A DNA stretch of 64,000 nt from Lama guanicoe (Eukaryota), in NCBI GenBank assembly GCA_013239625.1, contig MU053754.1:1159966-1223965 (forward strand), given 5' to 3'. Under the pieces are notes generated by a model. That model was given only the letters and a program-made list of their open reading frames with translations. It did no database searches and was not told where the DNA came from. The translations under genes and the position numbers were made by a program. This document shows positions 25,919-39,554 of the stretch, one piece after another; the stretch's first letter is position 1, and each line of letters starts with the position of its first letter.

Positions 25919-27769
25919 CTTACAATTCAGAAACACTACTAAAAGTAGAGATCTTTTTATTTTTTTTTTACTATCTTATTATTTTTTATTGTAACAAAAA
26001 TCCTCAAACCGAGCCCCAAATAGACAGAATAGAGTCAAAAACCTCTCGGTGTCCATTGCCCAATTTCACCATCAACAGTTTTCGTAGGTGCTACCTATTT
26101 TTCCTTTAATGGAGCATTTTAAAGCAAACCTCAGACAGAGTGACCCACTGTCCATGTTTTCCATGGACCACCCCAATCTTAGCACTGAAAGTCCCGTATC
26201 TCAGGAATCCACTCAGTCCCAGGCAGACCAGAACAGTCGGTTACCCTCTGAGTCCAAATACCATCATTTACCTGTAACCCCTTCACCATGTATCTCTAAT
26301 TAATACAGGCTTTAAAAAGCTTAACCCCACTACCACAGCAAACACAGTTAACAAGTATCCCTTAGTACCATTTAAAATAAACCATATTCATTTTTTTCTT
26401 GACTTTCTGAAAAAAAAAAAGATAAAGTTTCCGTAATTAATTCTGCAGTTAATCCTGACTCGAGTCAGGATTCGCATGAGTGATACGTCACCTAAACATC
26501 TTTCCGTCTACAACAGCTCCCCAGCACTGTTCTCCTATGCTATTTATATCTTTAAGAGTCTGAGTCAGTTTTCCTAAAAGACTTCCCACATTCTAGGTGT
26601 TGCAGGTTGTGTTCTTCGGGCGATTGTGTACATGCTCCTTTGTCATGTGTGTTTTTATATAAAGTGCTGCTTAGTTCTAAAACTTGATTAGATTTAGGGT
26701 TGATTGTTGGTGGGGAGGTGGGCAAGAATACTTCCTTGGTGGCGCTAGGTACTTCTTACTGCATCCCAGCAGGAGGCACTGCTCATATGGGTAAGACTGA
26801 CCTGGGCTTCAGGAAGGGTCACCCTGAAAGCTCCCATCAACCTTTCACCTAAAGATTTTAGCAGCCACAGATGATCACTGCCTTGATGTACGACGTCGTT
26901 AGGGGTAGCAAAGTGTGACATTCTAATTCTACTATCCCGCCTTCGTTTATTAATGTGATTCTCTACAAAGAATAGCTTTCCATCATTGACTGTCTGGTTA
27001 CCTTGAAGTAAAATCCATTCAGAAAAGGTAGAATAAATGTATGATACCTTCCTTCCATCTGTTAAACTGCAGAATAAATAGTTGGAGCCCTAAGGATGCT
27101 CAGTAAAGCTTTGGGCCGTGGGGTGGGGAGTAGAGTAGGAGAGAAGTAGCATTCTGAACGCTCTGGTCTTTGATGCATTTTCATAATTCCCTTAGCTGCT
27201 GTAACACCCACATGTACCTGATGCTCTACCGTAATTTCCTGAACAAGTGTGCACATGCAAATTTGCAAAAACCTACAACATACGGTAGCACCTTCCTTCT
27301 GTTGTCTTCGCCGGGAAACCTTCAGTCATTTCTGGGGCAGTCATGAGGATGACCATGGCGAGCACAAAGCAAAATCACTATGTCAGCCAAAGGCGCCTGC
27401 ACACTTCTGTCTGTGGATCGTTATTGCTCCTTCTGACCCATGCGCAGGAACTTCCCCGGTGGCTCATTTTATGGCCACTGCTTCTAGCCTTGCAATCAGC
27501 TAGTCCCGTTGTGCTTCAAAAGTGTCCTTCCCGCTGCACACATCTCTCTCTTCCTTTACATTTCCATTTCACCATCCCCTGAGACCTGGCCTACAGGAGA
27601 AGCGCGATTTCATGAGCCAATCTGCACTGAGATCAGTGCCTGGCCACTCAGTGCCACTGGACTCCTTCTCATCCTACTCTCTTCAACTCTGGGACTCAGA
27701 TTTTAAAAGATCTCAGTCCTTGAATCCAAGCGAACAAAGGTTTAATTGCACTTTTCCAAAATGCCTTGA

Positions 27770-28255
27770 CTTACTCAGCCATAAAAAAGAAGGAAAATCT
27801 GCCACATGAGACAACATGGATGAATCTAGACTTACGCTAAGTGAAACAAAGCCAGCCAGAGAAAGACAAATACTGCACCACCTCACTTACAGGTGGAGTC
27901 TGAAGGAAAGAAGTCGAACTCAAAGCAACAAAGTGTTGGGGTACCAGGGGGGAATAGCGAGATGCTGGTAAAGATGTACAAACTTTCAGTTTTAAGATGA
28001 ATAAGGTCTGAGAATCTAATGTACAATATGGTGGCTAGAGTTGATAATACTGTATTATATCATTGAAGTTCTCTGTGAAAGCAGAACTTAATTGTTCTTC
28101 CCCAAAAAAGAAAGGAAGGCGGGAAGGAAGAAAGGAAAGAAGGAAGGAGAGTAGAAGTGATGGCTGTGTCTGTGTGTGTGTGTATAATCATACTGTACAC
28201 TTTTTAATATCTTAAAATTTTGTCAATTATACCTCAGTGAAGCAGAAAAAAAATT
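27770..28255 (+). mobile_element. L1 (L1MA-like) 3' end
   Basis: tactcagccataaaaaagaaggaaaatctgcca...gtacaaactttcagttttaagatgaataag. Confidence 0.85.
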
Positions 28256-28852
28256 CTTGAGTTTTTCTCTTTTGGAACACTTTTCAAAACTCCTAGAAGA
28301 CCTACCCAACGTTGAACAATCCTTCCTTTCCTTCGAATCTGTCTAATTCTCCCCCTTTGTCATAACAGCCATCCGTCTTTGAGACTCACATGATTATTAT
28401 CAACAAATGCCTCGTGAAAATGCTCCTACTGTTGTCTTGAACTCTTATTCATTTCCTATAATGTCGTTTAGCTCTTTTATGAGCTTAAAGTAAGATTCCC
28501 CTACTAAATTGTATGCTTGTGGAAGACAGAAATGGTGTGATGTTTTAAAAATAATAGCCAGCAGGTTACAGGCACAGCATGACTATCTGTATCAATAGTA
28601 AAACGCTGTTAAAAATTTTAGATGAGAATGGGGGCACAGGAGACAGTTCCAGAACATTCTATGCACCACTAGTCTGATAAATATTTACAATGCCTATAGC
28701 TCAGCATATTTCTTTTTGAACCATTGTAGTATTTTTTAAACTTCTGTCTTCATCTCTACCACTGGAAAGTGATGCATTTCTGTGTAAACAACCTGGCTGT
28801 TGTATTTTAGGACACATACAATTTCCAGTATAACCTATGCTAAACAAATTAC

Positions 28853-28883
28853 CCGGTAACTTTTATTAGACCACCAGCAGAAG
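28853..28883 (-). CDS. Predicted small coding exon F (31 nt, phase 2-0); SFCWWSNKSYR
   Basis: Acceptor ctgtttctccaacttag|C and donor CGG|gtaatt. Supplies exactly the phase change needed between exons E and G. Confidence 0.6.
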
Positions 28884-29224
28884 CTAAGTTGGAGAAACAG
28901 TGAATCACAGGTTCCGTCCACTGCTAAGATGAGACACAGACTGGTAAATCCTCCTATGGGCAGTGTGGAAATATCCACCAAACCTTAAGACTGATAGTAC
29001 CCTCAGTCCCGGCAATTCCACCTCTGTGAAGAAACTGTAAGAAAATAACTAGAGATACATATCCACAAAGATGGGTGCACACTGATTTATATCCTTTGTA
29101 TTTAAAACAGTGAAAAATTAAAAGTGAGCTTTAAGTCCAAAAACAGGAAAATAAATCATGATAGATAGATATGTATCATAGAATGACTACTAAACCATCA
29201 AAAATATTTTCTAAAGAAGCAACC

Positions 29225-29440
29225 ACACTGGGATTTCAAAATTGTAGAATAGATAAACAAGATTACATTGTATAGCACAGGGAAATATACACAAAATGTT
29301 ATGATAACTCACAGAGAAAAAAAAATGTGACAATGAGTGTGTATATGTCCATGAATGACTGAAAAATTGTGCTGAACACTGGAATTTGACACAACATTGT
29401 AAAATGATTATAAATCAATAAAAAATGTTAAAAAAAAGAA
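29225..29440 (+). mobile_element. Short young L1 3' end inserted in an older L1 relic
   Basis: Same 3' UTR as 1-95, flanked by aaagaag on both sides. Confidence 0.85.
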
Positions 29441-29632
29441 GTCACAATTAAGTAAACATAAGATGATTTAAAAGCAGTAAGGGAACTGTGCACATAAAAA
29501 ATGATCTAGGGCGCCCTGAGACACAAAGAGAGGCTGTCTTAAGATGCCAGCAATATAGATGATTTTTGCTCTTTACTTTGTGAATTTATGAACTGTCCAA
29601 ATTGTCTGCAATGAAGAATACTATTATCCAGG

Positions 29633-31215
29633 ACATATTCCACAGAACTAGAACAAATCATAATAAAATTTATATGGAACCACAAAAGACCTAGAATTGC
29701 CAAAACATTACTGAAGGAAAAGAAAGAGGCTGGAGGAATAACTCTCCCAGACTTCAGACAATATTATACAGAGCTACAGTCATCAAGACAGCATGGTTTT
29801 TGGTACAAAAACAGACATATGGACCAATGGAACAGAATAGAGGGCCCAGAAATGAACCCACAAACTTTTGGTCAACTAATCTTCAACAAAGGAGCAAGAA
29901 TATACAATGGAACAAAGACAGTCTCTTCAGCAAATGGTGTTGGGAAAAATGGACAGCAGCATGTAAATCAATGAAGCTAGAACACTCCCTAACACCATAC
30001 ACAAAAATTAACTCCAAATGGATCAAAGACTTAAATATAAGACAAGATACATTAAACCTCCTAGAAGAAAATACAGGCAAAACATTATCTCACATACATC
30101 TCAAAAATGTTCTCCTAGGGCAGTCTACCCAAGCAATAGAAATAAAAACAAGAATAAACAAATGGGACCTAATCAAACTTACAAGCTTCTGCACAGCAAA
30201 GGAAACCATAAGTAAAACAAAAAGACAACCTACAGAATGGGAGAAAATTTTTGCAAATGATGAAACCAACAAAGGCGTGATCTCCAGAATATATAAGCAG
30301 CTCATATGACTTAATAAGAAAAAAACAAACAATCCAATCCAAAAATGGGCACAAGACCTAAACAAGCAATTCTCCAAGGAAGACATACAAATGATTAATA
30401 GGCACATAAAAAATGCTCAATATCACTATCAGAGAATTGCAAATCAAAACTACAATGAGGTATCACCTCACACCAGTCAGAATGGCCATCATTCAAAAGG
30501 CCACAAATGACAAATGCTCGAGAAGCTGTGGAGAAAAGGGAACCCCCCTACACTGCTGGTGGGAATGCAGTTTGGTGCAGCCACTGTGGAAAACAGCATG
30601 CAGATTCCTCAAAAGACTAGGACTAGACTTACCATGTGACCCAGGAATCCCGCTTCTGGGCATATATCCAGAAGGAACTCTACTTCATAAAGACACCTGC
30701 ACCCCAATGTTCATAGCAGCACTATTTACAATAGCCAAGACATGGAAACAGCCTAAATGTCCATCAACGGATGACTGGAAAAAGAAGAAGTGGTATATTT
30801 ATACAATGGAATACTACTCAGCCATAAAAACCGACAACATAATGCCATTTGCAGCAACATGGATGCTCCTGGAGATCGTCATTCTAAGTGAAGTAAGCCA
30901 GAAAGAGAAAGAAACATACCATATGAGATCGCTCATATGTGGAATCTAAAGACTCATGGACAGAGAATACAGACTTGTGGTTACCAGGGGGGTAGAGGGT
31001 GGGAAGGGATAGACTGGGATTTCAAAATATAGAATAGATAAAAAGATTATACTGTATAGCACAGGGAAATATATACAAGATCTTATGGTAGCTCACAGAG
31101 GAAAAAAATGTGACAATGAATGTATGTATGTTCATATATAATTGAAAAATTGTGCTGAAAACTGGAATTTGACACAACATTGTAAAATGACTATAACTCA
31201 ATTTTAAAAAGTTAA
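29633..31215 (+). mobile_element. 5'-truncated young L1 with disrupted ORF2 C-terminal region and 3' UTR
   Basis: ORFs 29800..30309 and 30413..30949 give L1 ORF2 motifs ([51 protein letters not shown]) broken by frameshifts and a stop. Confidence 0.97.
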
Positions 31216-32698
31216 GAAAAATCCAAACAGTGTTAGTCTATGAAATAGCTAAGCTACACGGCTGTTTCATGATAGTTATTTTTAAATACATAGAGCTATG
31301 ACCCCGAAATTGCACGCCTATGTACACACACAACAGAAGTGCATGCATACACCCACCAAAAACTCACACAAAGATATTCAGAGCATTTGCAGGTGTTGAA
31401 ATATTTCAGAACTAGATAGAGGTGATGGCTGCACGCCATTGTGAATGTACAAAATGCCACTGAATTGGACACTTTAAATGGCTAATATGCTATGTGGATT
31501 TCACTTCATAAATAAATAAATAGATAGATAGATAGATACTCAGAGCAGCAACATTTGTAATCGAGAAAAAAAATGGGAAATAACCCAAACGTGTACTGAT
31601 AGCAGAACGGCTAAATAAATGCTGGCAAAATTACAACAGGCTGCAAGACAATAATAAGAGTCAAGGAACCACTGGTCCATGCAGGTACATGAAAGAATCT
31701 CACAAACTTAGCACTGAATGAAAGAAGATGGACACAGAGAGAACATACTATATGATTCTGTGTCTGTAAAGTTCAAAGGAGACAAAAGTCACTGACAGTG
31801 TCAAGTCAATTTTGCAGTTACCAGTGGAGAGGGAGGCGGTCAGTGAGCATGCGGGAAGGGCCGCGTGGCTGGGGATATTCTGCTGCCTTATCTGAGTGGC
31901 AGTGTATGTGTAAGTTCACAGTAGTGAAAATGCACCAGTTCGTATTGTAAATTTACAATATGTGCATTATCAAAAATACCCTGTTGCTCTCCTTTTTTTT
32001 TTCTGATTCCCTGCAAATTCTCCAGCCCCTAGTGACCTTCCCTGTGACTAGATTTCTTCTTCAATGAACAACATAATTCTCTCTCATCAGTTATAAATTT
32101 GGACACTGTTTCTATAATTTCCAGTTTTAGACATTCACTTATAATTTAATGACAGCATAATTGAATCCTAGTACATTATGAACACAGGTCTAGGTGATAG
32201 GGAGACAGAGCCAGAAAGAAAAGATATACTGAATAAAGTCTTTATCGTCCATTTAGATGTGGACCTTTCTCTAAAACACACACACAAAATTTGCATATAA
32301 TTCAAAAGGGTCAAAACTCCCCCAAGACCCTTGTTCAGCCCAGACTAACAGCCCTGCTTTAACAATGTTCCATAAGACTGAGGTGAAATTTCTCTCATGT
32401 TTTTGTTAATTAATAACTTCGCTTTTCTAAAAATTAAATTTGCACCTCATAAAGTGGTATTTTTAAGTCAATTTATGTGGCTATGGAGTTGTATGATTTT
32501 TGTCCCTTAATTTACATGACATTTTCAATCTTATCGAAATTCAGTATTTCTTCTGAAAAGGTGTCCTATAAAAGTACCCCAAATCTCCTTAAGCATATTA
32601 GTGAAGAAGCTCTGAAAATCACATTTTACTGGTTTTAACACAGTCATCGTAACTGCGTAAGATAAAACTTATACTGTGATTTAATTTCTCCAAGGTAC

Positions 32699-32786
32699 CT
32701 TGGCATATAGGTTTTCCACTGGAATAATAATGATTCTTTTTTCCATGGCTCAATTATACAGTATATCAGACTTTCAAAGTCAATTT
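32699..32786 (-). CDS. Predicted coding exon E (88 nt, phase 1-2); EIDFESLIYCIIEPWKKESLLFQWKTYMP
   Basis: Acceptor gatttag|AA and donor CCAAG|gtacct. Protein-like open frame inside AT-rich DNA. Phases match exons D and F. Confidence 0.65.
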
Positions 32787-34824
32787 CTAAATCCTTAACA
32801 ATGTACAGTAAAATATTTCATTACATGGAAAACAGCCCCTGGTGGTCACATCCGGGTAACCCATGAAGCCCGTAAGAACAAAACTGATCACTAACATGAC
32901 AAAAAAAAACTGTTAATTCGCAGTGCTAATTAAACCACAGACATTTATACCAATTTCCCCAAGCATTTAAAGGGAAAGGAATATAAGGGAACACGTCACA
33001 TGTGAATAAATAAAATTGGCATGCTCTTCTTTAACGTTACTTAAAATTCCAAAAAAAATCAAAGACATTACAACCCTAGAATATGCACTTACAAATATAT
33101 ACACGTAAATGTCTAGACACACAGACATCTGTGCGTGTGCATGCACCTCCCGTCTCAAGAAATCTGATGCTTCCTCAGGACACACCATCCACCCCCAACC
33201 CTCTATGATCTTGGCATAAGTCAACCATTTTCTAGATTTTACCAACTTAAGTGTTTTATTTTCTTATAGGTTGCTCGTGTCTCATGAGCGTCCTTCATGG
33301 TACTGAAAACTGGAACTCTGTGTTTGCTATCTTTTCTTCTGCTGCATGTGTACCACAGACTGCAGCCCATGACACATCTAGCCTTCCTGGCAAGGACCAT
33401 CTCTAATCCTGTACCCTTGAGGACACCTGAGATCTCATTTCTTTTCAGAATGAAATAAATCACATGATATATGCTGCAGCAATAATATAACCATCTTCTA
33501 GAGGAAAAGGTGCCTCAGCTGTCAATAATTATCTGGGGCTTCTACAATTAATTCTGGAATCAAAATGTGAACTCTTTTTTGCTCTGTTTTATGCACGATC
33601 CCCTCTCCACCCCATTAAAAATCTTCCAATCATTCATGGGACATTATTGCATTGGGTTAAGATTTTGGCAAAACTATAAACAGTATTTTCTCAAAACACT
33701 CAGATCGGAAAAATAACCACTGGCTCTTGGTGACTCCAAATCCCTGGTATTCTCACTGTAATTAACCGAGGCTCCTGGGGTGGTGCAGATATAGAGGTGA
33801 ATGAAGGGCAGAAGTATTCTGGAGTAAGAGAGAAACTTCTGTCAACTTGGACCCCTCCCTCTGCTCCACACCATCAATCACAGGTTGCATGGTGTGGTTC
33901 ATTCTATCTCCATCATGTTTGCCCCTACAATGTCTTTGTCCCCCAAAGAGTCCCCACACTCAAGAAACCAGTCACATCTTGTTTGAATGACATCCCCAGT
34001 CTCTAATGGGCTCACTAAATCTAGGCTCTCCCTTCATTCAGTATAACAGCTTTCTACTGAATAAAAAGGATGAAGCCCTAGGAAAATTAAATTCTGATTA
34101 TACCCTACAATTGTATTCCCTATGGAGCCACTCCCTTTGGCAAATCTTAGGCTTGAGCCATGACAGACACCTCACTGTTCCCTGAGCAAGCCACGCACAC
34201 TCAGGTTTCCACGCATTTGCTCTTCCTGGAAAGGTGCCCCGCCCTCCCTTTTCTCCCTGTTGAACTTCCTTCTATTCACCGTTCAAACTCAGTCCTCTGT
34301 TGGCATCATGGACTGCCTCCATACCCCTCCAAAGGCAGAATTAATGCCTTCCTCCTCTCAACTTCTGCTATTTGCCATTCATAAGCCATAACCTTTTACA
34401 GCACAGATACGATACTAGGCTATTACGAGGCTGGTCACCCCTCTACATTCCTCATTATGGGTATCCCACATACCCCTCCTTGATAATAGCATTCATTTAT
34501 TTGTTCTTGTGTTAGATACACAACAAGAAAATGTTATTCACTCAACCAGCCATTCCACAACAAACCTATGAAACTGTGTGCCCTGATGCGAGGGGTACCA
34601 GAGGTTCAATGTGGACAAGACACAGTCCTTGCTTCTAAAGAGCTTCTGGTCCAGTGATTTAGTAGTCCATAAATGTTTACTGAATCATTTAACTAATGTT
34701 CATTTATATCCTGTTTGCCCAATGGCATCTAGACTAGTCTGAATGATTACTCCACTCAATTTTCATTTGGAACACGAGCATGGTTAAAACTGCTTGGGCA
34801 TATTTTATACCTGGCATTAAACGT

Positions 34825-35013
34825 AGAGGAAGGGGGAAAGGGATAAATTAGGAGTTTGGGACATATAAAATACTGTATATAAATAAATGAACAACAAGGA
34901 CCTACTGTAGAGAACAGGGAACTATATTCAGTATCTTGTAATAACCTAGAATGAAAACTAATATGAAAAAGAATGTATATATATATATATACACACACAT
35001 ATGTGTGTGTGTG

Positions 35014-35044
<31 letters not shown>

Positions 35045-35120
35045 ATGTATATATGACTGAATCACTATGCTGTACACCGGAAACACAACATTGTAAATCA
35101 ACTCTACATCAAAAAAAAAT
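34825..35120 (+). mobile_element. L1 3' UTR end containing a (TA)n/(CA)n/(TG)n microsatellite at about 34975-35055
   Basis: gggataaattaggagtttggg...acagggaactatattcagtatcttgtaataacct...ctgaatcactatgctgtacacc. Confidence 0.9.
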
Positions 35121-36943
35121 GGAGAAGGAGAGATTGCTTATGTCAACGTGATGAGTAAAAACAAAACAAAAAGTGATAAATGGCATCAGTTCCCACCTTT
35201 TCTCTTTATCCACCTTTGGTCAGAGATGAGAAAATTCCCGCCACCCACCCATCTTCCCTCAGGTAATGTAGGTGACACCGGGCATCCTATGATGCCCCCT
35301 CTTGGACAGCGACGGGACTGCAGGTGGGGTCTGCTTTTGTGACGTGTCACTCATTTGGTTGTTCTACTGAGTCGGATAACTGCCCACCTTCAGTGCAACT
35401 GACACTCGGTTCTGCTCTCAGTTCTCTCTGAGGTGGGCACACTCCACCGAGCTCCCCTCCCCAGCTCCCACTGTGCTTTACACCAGTATGATTCCCTAGG
35501 AAGAGCCCAAGGAGAAACCCCTCCACTCAGACTGCCTTCGGTCACTCCTGTCTGTCTGATGCTGTCAAGGACAGGGACCTTGGAAAACTCTTTCCTTCAT
35601 GAAAGCGTTATACTCTCATGGCTTCACAAACCCTATGTGACCATAGTTTAATGACCCATTTTCGCCTTCCTTTCTGAGTGAGCAAGTATGATTTTCATCA
35701 TTGGTGATGCTGTTCTTCCCAGACCACGCTGACTCCAGCTGGTACTGCCAACAAGGCATCCTTGCCTCCCTTCTGGTCCTCCACACAATGTTTCATTCTG
35801 GGAAAACAGCAGCAGGCAGCATTAAATGTCCGTGGAAATGAATTCTCTCCTCTCTCCAAACACTTCTCTTCATGGTACAGTTCCCTTCACGCAAATTTCA
35901 AGGCATTTCTAGAAACCAATTCGTATTCTGAAGCATAAGGAGTACAGACTTATAAGGTAATCATTGTGAAGATCCATCAAATGTATACTGATTGCCCATC
36001 CTGACTCACTCCAGTAACTGAAAGTTTCCCATTTGGGGCTTCTATGTCCCTGTGATGCAGTCACATCTTACTCATCCCCACAAACAGTAACCCTGCACAC
36101 ACTATTGAAAGTCCAAGAAATACTTAGTATGCTTTTTGTCCTTAAAAGAGAAGGCTATTCTTTGGCAAAGGGTGAAGAAACTCTTTTTGTCTCTAGCAGC
36201 CTGAATTTAATTCACATTCGACTGCTATGATTAAATACTAAACCCTGAGAATTAGGTTCCCCATTGGAGGCAGCCCCCCAGGGCACTGAAGGGTAGAGGT
36301 GGGGGAAGAAGAATGACAGTTAAACCCAAAGTCACTATTGAGGTTTGATACAATAATTAGTCCCATTCAACTGCACTGGTACAAAGTTTTAAATCAGCCA
36401 AGAGACAAGGGTGTGAAAAGAGCTTTGGAATATTAGAAAGACCTTTTCCTGTTCAAAGTAACAGATAGGAAAATGTCGACACAAAAGAACGGATGTGATA
36501 AGAGTATGTAGATAAAAAGATGAAAATGACAGTGATGACAACGAGAAAAAGAAATCACACAGCGTGTTTCTGAGAACATGGAGAAATCCACCCCCGTTAC
36601 TGGCTTGCTGGAGATTAATGGCCTTGCTCCCTGGGGCAAGTCAGCACTGTCAAATCCTACCACTGTAAAACCGCAATAAAAACACGTAGTCAGGTACAAG
36701 AGGAACAAAGGGAAACCAAACGGCATCATTAATATGCAACACGAACTGTCTAAAGAACGAGATTCGGACAGCAGAGGGGGAGATTTGTTTCAGTGAGGCT
36801 CCCTCCTTTGCCAGAAGCACACGGCCCTCAGTTTTGAATCTGACAGAACTCTCAGGTGAAAACAGCCAAATTATTGCACCTTTAAATACTGGAAATGGAT
36901 TATGGACGTCTAAGAAGCAAGCATTAAAAAAAAAAAAACTTAC

Positions 36944-37063
36944 CTGGTTCTCTGTGAGATGCTATGCTATTTGTTAAGACAGGAGTCGCTGAAGATGATA
37001 GGGTGGCCCCAGCTCTCTTGCTTTGTAAAACAGGGATAATGAGGCCCTCTGGCTGCAAGCTTG
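36944..37063 (-). CDS. Predicted coding exon D (120 nt, phase 1-1); PSLQPEGLIIPVLQSKRAGATLSSSATPVLTNSIASHREP
   Basis: Acceptor ttctctgttctgtag|CA and perfect donor CCAG|gtaagt. Open in phase 1. Confidence 0.7.
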
Positions 37064-37506
37064 CTACAGAACAGAGAACGCTGCTTCCTTAGAGTGGAGG
37101 ACCCAGACTTGGTGGGTGTCTTATTGTCCATAATTATGTTAGAATGTGGCAAAGAAATGATTCTTCTACTAATGCATTTTTATATATGAATGAATCTGCT
37201 AGAAGACTTCTAAACCAGAGGTGATTCATTCTACCTCGCTTACCTGGAATTAATTGACAGCGCAGGGATATCCTACTGGTGGAATAAATACAGCCCTTTA
37301 AGACGAGAAAAGATGTCATTTTCTCTCCTGGAAATATTAGTGTTTTATGACACAGTAATTCAGTCATTTGTCCAAGTATCTATGGTGACAGAAAAGGGAA
37401 GGATAAGACCTTAATTTTAGCCTCTTCAATAAAAGGCATTAAAGTGACTCTTTATTTCCTAGAAAATAGCATTTCCCAAAAATCACATCAAGAATGACGC
37501 CTCCTC

Positions 37507-39024
37507 AGAAATGAACCCACAAACTTTTTGTCAACTAATCTTCGACAAAGGAGGCAAGAATATACAATGGAATAAAGACAGTCTCTTCAGCAAATCGTGT
37601 TGGGAAAACTGGACAGCAGCATGTAAATCAATGAAGCTAGAACACTCCCTAACACCATACACAAAAATTAACTCCAAATGGATCAAAGACAAGATAAGAT
37701 AAGACAAGATACAGTAAACCTCCTAGGAGAAAATATAGGCAAAACATTATCTCACATACATCTCAAAAATGTTCTCCTAGGGCAGTCTACCCAAGCAATA
37801 GAAATAAAAATAAGAATAAACAAATGGGACCTAATCAAACTTACAAGCTTCTGCACAGCAAAGGAAACCATAAGTAAAACAAAAAGACAACCTACAGAAT
37901 GGGAGAAAATTTTTGCAAATGATGAAACCAACAAAGGCGTGATCTCCAGAATATATAAGCAGCTCATATGACTTAATAAGAAAAAAACAAACAATCCAAT
38001 CCAAAAATGGGCACAAGACCTAAACAAGCAATTCTCCAAGGAAGACATACAAATGATTAATAGGCACATAAAAAATGCTCAATATCATTATCAGAGAATT
38101 GCAAATCAAAACTACAATGAGGTATCACCTCACACCAGTCAGAATGGCCATCATTCAAAAGGCCACAAATGACAAATGCTCGAGAGGCTGTGGAGAAAGG
38201 GGAACCCTCCTACACTGCTGGTGGGAATGCAGTTTGGTACANNNNNNNNNNNNNNNNNNNNNNNNNNNNNNNNNNNNNNNNNNNNNNNNNNNNNNNNNNN
38301 NNNNNNNNNNNNNNNNNNNNNNNNNNNNNNNNNNNNNNNNNNNNNNNNNNNNNNNNNNNNNNNNNNNNNNNNNNNNNNNNNNNNNNNNNNNNNNNNNNNN
38401 NNNNNNNNNNNNNNNNNNNNNNNNNNNNNNNNNNNNNNNNNNNNNNNNNNNNNNNNNNNNNNNNNNNNNNNNNNNNNNNNNNNNNNNNNNNNNNNNNNNN
38501 NNNNNNNNNNNNNNNNNNNNNNNNNNNNNNNNNNNNNNNNNNNNNNNNNNNNNNNNNNNNNNNNNNNNNNNNNNNNNNNNNNNNNNNNNNNNNNNNNNNN
38601 NNNNNNNNNNNNNNNNNNNNNNNNNNNNNNNNNNNNNNNNNNNNNNNNNNNNNNNNNNNNNNNNNNNNNNNNNNNNNNNNNNNNNNNAAAAAAAAAAAAA
38701 GGACATAAATACAAAAAAAAAAACAAAACAGACTCATAGGCATAGAATACAAACTTGTGGTTGCCAAGGGGGAGGCGGGTGGGAAGGGACACACTGGGAG
38801 TTCAAAACTTGTAGATACTGACAGGCATATGCAGAATAGATAAACAAGATTATACTGTACAGCACAGGGAAATATATACAAGATCTTGTGGTAGTCACAG
38901 CGAAAAAAATGTGATAATGAATATATGTATGTTCATGTATAACTGAAAAATTGTGCTCTACACTGGAAACTGACACATTGTAAAATGACTATAACTCAAC
39001 AAAAAAATGTTTAAAAAAGAACAG
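37507..39024 (+). mobile_element. 5'-truncated young L1 spanning the assembly gap
   Basis: ORF2 motifs are present. Imperfect 16-bp TSD agaatgacgcctcctc (37491-37506) / agaatgacggctgctc (39025-39040). Confidence 0.93.
38242..38688. other. Assembly gap (447 N)
   Basis: Run of n. Confidence 1.
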
Positions 39025-39041
39025 AGAATGACGGCTGCTCT

Positions 39042-39260
39042 TCACAGAGACAGGAAGTAGGTCAGAGGTCATCAGGGGCAGGGGAAGGGGGCATGGGGAG
39101 TTCCTGCTTAAGGACCTGAGTTTCTGGGTCGGGTAACAGAAACATTCTAGAGACAGTGGTGATGGTTGCACAACTGTGTGAATATAATGAATGCCCTTGA
39201 ATTGTACACTTAAAAATGGCTAAAATGGCATATTTTATTTTATATATATTTTAGCACAAT
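39042..39260 (+). mobile_element. Old L1 3' UTR fragment
   Basis: tcacagagacaggaagtag...gtggtgatggttgcacaac...gaattgtacacttaaaaatggctaaaatgg. Confidence 0.8.
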
Positions 39261-39554
39261 GACTGAATGACTGTTACTATGACTGGCCATAACAAAGTGA
39301 ACATTTATCCATGTGGGAAGAATAGCTGTTGATGCATATGCTTCTAGATGCTTCCTTTAATTTGACCAGTTTGTACATAAATTCTTAATGACTGAAATCT
39401 GACTAAGGAAAATTCTCAGTCCAGCACATGCCTGCTCAAGACAACAGGGTAAAGGGAATTACTTTTTTCTGGCACTTCCGCACGTGAGGGTCCCTAACTG
39501 AGCCCTGGATGCATCAGTCCTGCAAACTGTCCTGTGGGATGTATGCGTCCTTAC

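Noticed and set aside
29800..30949. ORFs of 169 and 178 aa (and 37511-38240) as host genes
   Set aside because: They are broken L1 ORF2 fragments in 5'-truncated copies.
32690..32703. 14-bp palindrome ccaaggtaccttgg centred on the exon E donor
   Set aside because: About four palindromes of this size are expected by chance in 64 kb, and AG|GTACCT is partly self-complementary anyway.
38075..38881. Long ORFs of 179-248 aa
   Set aside because: They are artefacts of translating through the N gap.
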